A stretch of 32,000 bases of DNA, taken from assembly GCA_963811985.1 (NCBI GenBank), contig CAWEUH010000051.1:116162-148161 (forward strand), written 5' to 3'. The translations under genes were made by a program, and so were the position numbers. Below, piece after piece: positions 27,901 through 32,000 of the stretch (position 1 is the first letter of the stretch; every line of letters begins with the position of its first letter). A model generated the notes under the pieces. It did no database searches. It was given only the letters and a program-made list of their open reading frames with translations, and was not told where the DNA came from. The DNA is from an uncultured delta proteobacterium. GTDB taxonomy: Bacteria; Myxococcota_A; Polyangia; Polyangiales; Polyangiaceae.

Positions 27901-28324
27901 TTCGTTTCAACTCACGCCCGCGCGCGGCGGGCGACTCTCGGAGTGTATTTGAGCGAAGGTCTTAGGGGGTTTCAACTCACGCCCGCGCGCGGCGGGCGAC
28001 CGCGTCGATTCCAAGTCTCCGTCGAGTTCGGCGTTTCAACTCACGCCCGCGCGCGGCGGGCGACCGCGGGCCGTGGACAATTGTGGTTGGCTCAAGGTTT
28101 CAACTCACGCCCGCGCGCGGCGGGCGACAACCACTGCTTGGGGAAATCTGGCGTTGCATTTTTGTTTCAACTCACGCCCGCGCGCGGCGGGCGACTCCTA
28201 AAAGCAACTGAGACAGGGTGGACGAATAGTTTCAACTCACGCCCGCGCGCGGCGGGCGACCTTTCCGTTCCAATGCTTCAATGCGGGTGCATGTTTCAAC
28301 TCACGCCCGCGCGCGGCGGGCGAC
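18963..28324 (-). CRISPR. Type I-C CRISPR array. My hand count is 144 repeats of 32 bp and 143 spacers.
   Basis: The plus-strand repeat is GTTTCAACTCACGCCCGCGCGCGGCGGGCGAC. On the minus strand it reads GTCGCCCGCCGCGCGCGGGCGTGAGTTGAAAC, with a 7-bp GC stem, a 5-nt loop and an 11-nt ..GTTGAAAC tail typical of I-C. The period is 63-68 bp (spacers of 31-36 bp), apart from three long spacers. The cas2-proximal end is at 28324. All track ORFs in this span (FQLTPARGGR, VSTHARARRAT, FNSRPRAAGD) are repeat translations. Confidence 0.98.
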
Positions 28325-28511
28325 AGCGGGAGACCATGGGGGCATGATTTCCCGCGATTACGCTAAGGTTTGCGCTAAAGCACTTCCGGGCCGTTGGTCG
28401 GCGTTGCGGCCGGGAGAGGTAATTGTCAAAGAGCGGTTGGATTCCTGCAGAAAAGTTGCTGTTCGCTAACTGCCCTGGGAATCCAGCGGAGCTTGAGGTT
28501 AGCGAAGTCGG
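28325..28511 (-). promoter_or_regulatory. CRISPR leader (187 bp between the cas2 stop and the first repeat)
   Basis: Assigned by position and orientation relative to cas2 and the repeat polarity. It contains the hexamer CGCTAA three times and TTAGCG once, plus a minus-strand TTGACA at 28429-28424. I could not identify a convincing -10 element. Confidence 0.65.
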
Positions 28512-28802
28512 CTAAATCAGCAGAAGCGCGTCTGCATCGGGCCCCTTCTGAACACCGTGGTGTTCGATTCGGCTCTTCCAATTTGAACCTAGGAAGTAAA
28601 ATCGAAGGCTGTCGTCGGCCGGTTCAATCAGCGAGAGAAGCCGCACCTTGAGGCGTTCCCACTGCGCTGGGTCAACGTCACATTCGAAGACGGAATTTTG
28701 CACTCGGTTTCCGAAGTCTTTGCAGGCCTTTGCAACGCTGTGCAGTCGCCTTTTGCCGGCCTGGCTGGCTGTGCTGACGTCGTAGCTTACGAGTACCAAC
28801 AT
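28512..28802 (-). CDS. cas2: CRISPR-associated endoribonuclease Cas2
   Basis: MLVLVSYDVSTASQAGKRRLHSVAKACKDFGNRVQNSVFECDV is the Cas2 ferredoxin-fold signature. ATG 28802 lies 2 nt after the cas1 stop. An alternative GTG start is at 28814. Confidence 0.9.
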   Translation of the reverse strand: MLVLVSYDVSTASQAGKRRLHSVAKACKDFGNRVQNSVFECDVDPAQWERLKVRLLSLIEPADDSLRFYFLGSNWKSRIEHHGVQKGPDADALLLI

Positions 28803-28804
28803 CG

Positions 28805-29839
28805 CTACCTCCACAACATCGCGGGATAGAAATCTAAGTCACCTCGAATGTGCCGTGCCAGCAGACGCGCCTGCGCCAAAAAGGCGACTCCGATTTCCAT
28901 GTCTTCTTCGAGAAACGGGTGTTGCACGGTTTCGCGTTTGCGCTTTTGATACGCAGCCAAAAACAGTTTGCGAGTGTCCGGCTTCATTTCCACTTCGCCT
29001 GACGCCTGGACGGTGAAATCGTCTGGTGCAACTTGCTTCAGATTGACCAAAGAAAGCACAAGACGGTCCGCAAATGGCGCACGAAATTCCTCTGCCATGT
29101 CGAGCGCCAAGCTCGGGCGGCCAGGTCTTTCGACATGAAGAAATCCCACGTAAGGATCGAGCCCCACGCTTTCCAACGCGGAACGCATATCGAGTGCCAA
29201 TATCGAATAGGCAAACGACATGAGGGCGTTCACCCTATCGAGCGGCGGACGGCGGTTGCGGCCTTCGAATTTGAGCTCGGGATCGGGCACACGAATTAGG
29301 CAATTGAGGACTGAAAAATACGTTTCCGCGGAATCGCCCTCGATGCCTCGAAGTGATTCATGACATTCAGCGCTTTCGATGCGACGTTGAACGGCTGCCA
29401 TCTTTTCAATTGCCGACTCGACGTCGGCTGCACCCTCGGCGTCGGTGTGATTTCGTAGAAATCGCAGAAGCACGTTTCTTTGGTTGCTGACCTTGGCGGC
29501 AATGCAACACCTGGCGATGTCTAGCGACCGCAGTTTGTCGTCCGCGTCACGATACTGCCGACGGCGCAGCGACACGTTACCGTGCATGGGGCCCACCATT
29601 CGAGCCAAGAAACGCCCATTTCCGTTTAGGTACGTAACCGTGACTCCCTCACTGGCGCAATGCTCGGTAAGTGGCGCCGATACCGTGACGCCAAAACCAA
29701 AACAGACAATCTCGCCAATGGCATGCATGGGAAATTGCGCAATCTTCTTGTGATCATGATGAATGACGATTGATTCGCCGTCCTTGTGAACGAATGCACC
29801 TTCTTGAGTCACGTAGAGCGTATTTTGGATGTGCTTCAT
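28805..29839 (-). CDS. cas1: CRISPR-associated integrase Cas1 (I-C type)
   Basis: MKHIQNTLYVTQEGAFVHKDGESIVI...LRGIEGDSAETYF...NALMSFAYSIL...DPYVGFLH are typical Cas1 motifs. ATG 29839 overlaps the cas4 stop as ATGA. Confidence 0.93.
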   Translation of the reverse strand: MKHIQNTLYVTQEGAFVHKDGESIVIHHDHKKIAQFPMHAIGEIVCFGFGVTVSAPLTEHCASEGVTVTYLNGNGRFLARMVGPMHGNVSLRRRQYRDADDKLRSLDIARCCIAAKVSNQRNVLLRFLRNHTDAEGAADVESAIEKMAAVQRRIESAECHESLRGIEGDSAETYFSVLNCLIRVPDPELKFEGRNRRPPLDRVNALMSFAYSILALDMRSALESVGLDPYVGFLHVERPGRPSLALDMAEEFRAPFADRLVLSLVNLKQVAPDDFTVQASGEVEMKPDTRKLFLAAYQKRKRETVQHPFLEEDMEIGVAFLAQARLLARHIRGDLDFYPAMLWR

Positions 29840-30489
29840 CCAAAGAGCTCCTTTCGGTAGGCTTGCGCCTTGGTTCCATTTTGCGACCGCGGTTGGCAGA
29901 CTTCGATGAGCGAACAGGCGCGACAATGGCGTTTATACACCGGCGCGGGCAGCAATTGCTCGACAATGATTCGCCGCAACCGAGTGGCCATGGCCTCCGT
30001 TTTGGCCCTGAGCGAAGCATCGAATTGTACTTGCTCTCGCCGCCGGATATCACCGTAAAACACGGAACCTGATTGAATGGGGGAACCTGTCATTTCCTCC
30101 AGGCACAATGCTTGGGCGCAGACTTGAATCCGATCCGCGTCGTGCTTCTTGGGTTTACCGCGCTTGAATTCTACTGGGTGCAGCTCCCACTGACCCTTTA
30201 GCCGCAGGAATTGGGCGTTGTCTGGCTCGTCTGCGGTCTTGACTACCTCGACCACGTCCAATTGCCCATAAATGCCCAGCCGCAGATTGCGCACGTGCAC
30301 CCCAGAGAATTGACGCAGTCCGCGCCGGTACTCCCGGTAGCCCTCGTCCACTCGCTCATGCAGCGTGCGGCCCTCAGCCGTCAGGCGATTCTCCTCCCAC
30401 TCACGCTCAACATGGATCAATGCACATTGGCGCTCACAGAACGCCAAGTGCTGCAATGCCGAAAGAGGGATTAGATCTTCGTCACGCAT
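29836..30489 (-). CDS. cas4: CRISPR-associated exonuclease Cas4
   Basis: It has the N-terminal Cys (LQHLAFCERQCAL), RecB-like motifs (..QLDVVE.., EFKRGKPK) and the C-terminal CRACSLIEVC cluster. I prefer ATG 30489. The ORF-track TTG start is at 30498. Confidence 0.9.
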   Translation of the reverse strand: MRDEDLIPLSALQHLAFCERQCALIHVEREWEENRLTAEGRTLHERVDEGYREYRRGLRQFSGVHVRNLRLGIYGQLDVVEVVKTADEPDNAQFLRLKGQWELHPVEFKRGKPKKHDADRIQVCAQALCLEEMTGSPIQSGSVFYGDIRRREQVQFDASLRAKTEAMATRLRRIIVEQLLPAPVYKRHCRACSLIEVCQPRSQNGTKAQAYRKELFG

Positions 30490-30521
30490 TGAAGGCAATT
30501 TCCCGCTGAGTCAGACTGACG

Positions 30522-31355
30522 TTAACCTTTCTTTGTCGATAGGCGCTTCGGCGCCCGCTCTGGCAAATAGTTGTGCGAACTCACGACCTTTCGCCCTGTT
30601 CGCCCTTCCAATTCTTTTCGTGCCCGACCGGCAACGCTACCGCCCTCGCGCGCAGCCTTTTTGCTTTGACCGAACCCTTGAGCATCCTTGACTCGCGTAA
30701 TCTCGGTTGTTGCGGCTTCGCCGAGCATGCTGAAGATCAGCTCCAGGTCGTTCATGTGATCGCGAAGATTCTCGCGCTTGAGGCCCTTGACCTCTTTATA
30801 TTCGGAAGGAGTAATCCCGAATGCCGCCTTCGAAATCTCCGCCGTCAGAATTGCGTAATCGCGATCTTCCTCGACGCCGCGATTCTTCCATTCCTCCGTG
30901 AGCTCCTCGCGAATCGCGATCGCGCGCATGCGTTTCTCAACCCAATCATCCGGGTAACCCTTGGCCTTATAGAGTGCGCGCGTGCGCTGGGTGGCCAGCT
31001 CAGGGTCCTCAATCTCCTGCACCCGCTCGTAACCCACTTTGGCCAGCCATCGCTTGAAGGGTTCGGCTTTGGGGGAGGGAATACCCTGAATAATGCGGAA
31101 AATACCTTCGGTATTCGCGCAACCCAACTTCTGCGGACCGCCGGCCGTCTCGATCGAAAGGGGGGTGACAAATTGTCCCCACCCTTTCTCGAGATGCTCG
31201 TCACGCAGCCGCATCTTCCGGACGTAGTCCTTTGGGTCGGGTGTGTCTGTTAGGGCGGCAACTACGTCATTGACGACGAACCACCACTCGTCGTTGTGCA
31301 GCGTCTTGCGGATCTGCTTACCACGGAAGAGGGCGATTTGGGTGTTGGGACTCAC
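30522..31355 (-). CDS. Bro-N domain protein of the DinD-like (DNA-damage-inducible protein D / phage antirepressor-like) family, embedded in the cas operon
   Basis: 277 aa with a GTG start 2 nt after the cas7 stop and an AAGG 7 nt upstream. The Bro-N pattern is IALFRGKQIRKTLHNDEWWFVVNDVVAALT...TAGGPQKL..ANTEGIFRIIQGIPSPKAEPFKRWL. The C-terminal half (..LRDHMNDLELIFSMLGEAATTEI..) resembles E. coli DinD as I recall it. Confidence 0.8.
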   Translation of the reverse strand: MSPNTQIALFRGKQIRKTLHNDEWWFVVNDVVAALTDTPDPKDYVRKMRLRDEHLEKGWGQFVTPLSIETAGGPQKLGCANTEGIFRIIQGIPSPKAEPFKRWLAKVGYERVQEIEDPELATQRTRALYKAKGYPDDWVEKRMRAIAIREELTEEWKNRGVEEDRDYAILTAEISKAAFGITPSEYKEVKGLKRENLRDHMNDLELIFSMLGEAATTEITRVKDAQGFGQSKKAAREGGSVAGRARKELEGRTGRKVVSSHNYLPERAPKRLSTKKG

Positions 31356-31357
31356 CG

Positions 31358-32000
31358 CTACACCTTGCGCAGAATGGTTACGCCTTCCGGCATGTCCGCC
31401 TCATTCACCGTCACTTCGTAATCCGCGAAGCTTCGAGCAGGGCCGTCTGATTTGTTTTTGCGCTGCACTTGGACACGCTCGAACAGCGCATGCGCGGGTG
31501 CGTTGCCCAAAGCATCCTTATGTTCAAAGACAATAAGCCCACGCGTCGCCATAAGCCCGCGCGCGGCTGAACGATCATGCTCGAACATATTAATGACAGC
31601 ATCCCAAAACAGCTTGAGGTCGTCTTCGTTGAAACCGGTTTGATTCGCCAGATGTGCCGAAACGAACCCGTGGGCGCGATACAAGCCGTAAGGTATTGTA
31701 AACTTGCGACCCATCGTACGATTGTCGCCACCCTGCTTCTCTGCCTCCGCCTCCGTGGCAACAGCCATGCGCGTAATGCTATGCTCGAGAGCGACCACAG
31801 GTTCAATCGAACGAGCAAACGTCAGCTGGATTGGGCCGCGGACTTGGCCGCAATTGGGCGCTGATTTCAATGACATCACTGCACCAAATGTTCTAATGTC
31901 ATAGAATCGGTTGCACATCCAATCCCGCCCACGTTCAACTTCGTCAGCGTTGGGCTTCCTCGCCTTTACGCCTTTCAGAGCACCGTCCAAGAATCGTTTG
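31358..32000 (-). CDS. cas7: Cas7 of type I-C (Csd2). The 5' part lies beyond the window.
   Basis: ..[15 protein letters not shown]....[17 protein letters not shown]....[35 protein letters not shown].. are characteristic Csd2 motifs. The frame stays open to the window edge. Confidence 0.9.
   Translation of the reverse strand, partial: KRFLDGALKGVKARKPNADEVERGRDWMCNRFYDIRTFGAVMSLKSAPNCGQVRGPIQLTFARSIEPVVALEHSITRMAVATEAEAEKQGGDNRTMGRKFTIPYGLYRAHGFVSAHLANQTGFNEDDLKLFWDAVINMFEHDRSAARGLMATRGLIVFEHKDALGNAPAHALFERVQVQRKNKSDGPARSFADYEVTVNEADMPEGVTILRKV

Noticed and set aside
18929-28347. Dozens of overlapping plus- and minus-strand ORFs (60-276 aa) with recurring peptides FQLTPARGGR, VSTHARARRAT, FNSRPRAAGD and SPAARGRELK
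   Set aside because: They are three-frame translations of the 32-bp CRISPR repeat interleaved with spacers. The peptide period equals the repeat period, and they do not form a coherent protein.
28401-28429. Canonical sigma70 promoter in the leader, anchored on the minus-strand TTGACA
   Set aside because: The sequence 17 bp downstream (CAACGC) is a poor -10 element. Promoters in this kind of GC-rich organism are often non-canonical, so I keep this only as a weak note inside the leader feature.
30573-31253. 226-aa plus-strand ORF opposite the Bro-N gene
   Set aside because: It is antisense to an ORF with a clear Bro-N domain that sits in operon register with the cas genes. It has no recognisable motif.

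Overview
GC-rich window that looks like a myxobacterial or other deltaproteobacterial chromosome, judged by eye only. It has three parts.

(1) 1-11.7 kb, housekeeping and envelope genes: a TPR-tailed GT-C-like membrane protein that runs off the left edge, a GPH/MFS symporter, a thyA-folA operon, a beta-CASP MBL hydrolase, and a glycosylation cassette (NodB deacetylase with FG-GAP repeats, GT2, DUF2304, polytopic membrane protein).

(2) 12.2-18.9 kb, accessory region: two repeat-rich lipoproteins, then a small toxin-antitoxin islet (vapBC plus MNT/HEPN) sitting inside a decayed segmental duplication, then a four-helix-bundle (23S-IVS/Avd-like) gene.

(3) 18.96-32 kb, CRISPR-Cas: a 9.36 kb type I-C array, followed by the leader, cas2, cas1, cas4, an extra gene and cas7 (partial), all on the minus strand. 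My hand count is 144 repeats of 32 bp and 143 spacers. The array is transcribed on the minus strand.

The most unusual feature is a Bro-N/DinD-like gene packed into the cas operon exactly between cas7 and cas4. Other notable points are three consecutive over-length spacers, two exactly duplicated spacers, a lipoprotein made of three tandem C1q/TNF-like repeats, and several non-coding repeat or hairpin structures. All family assignments come from motif recognition in the translated ORFs. No database search was run.
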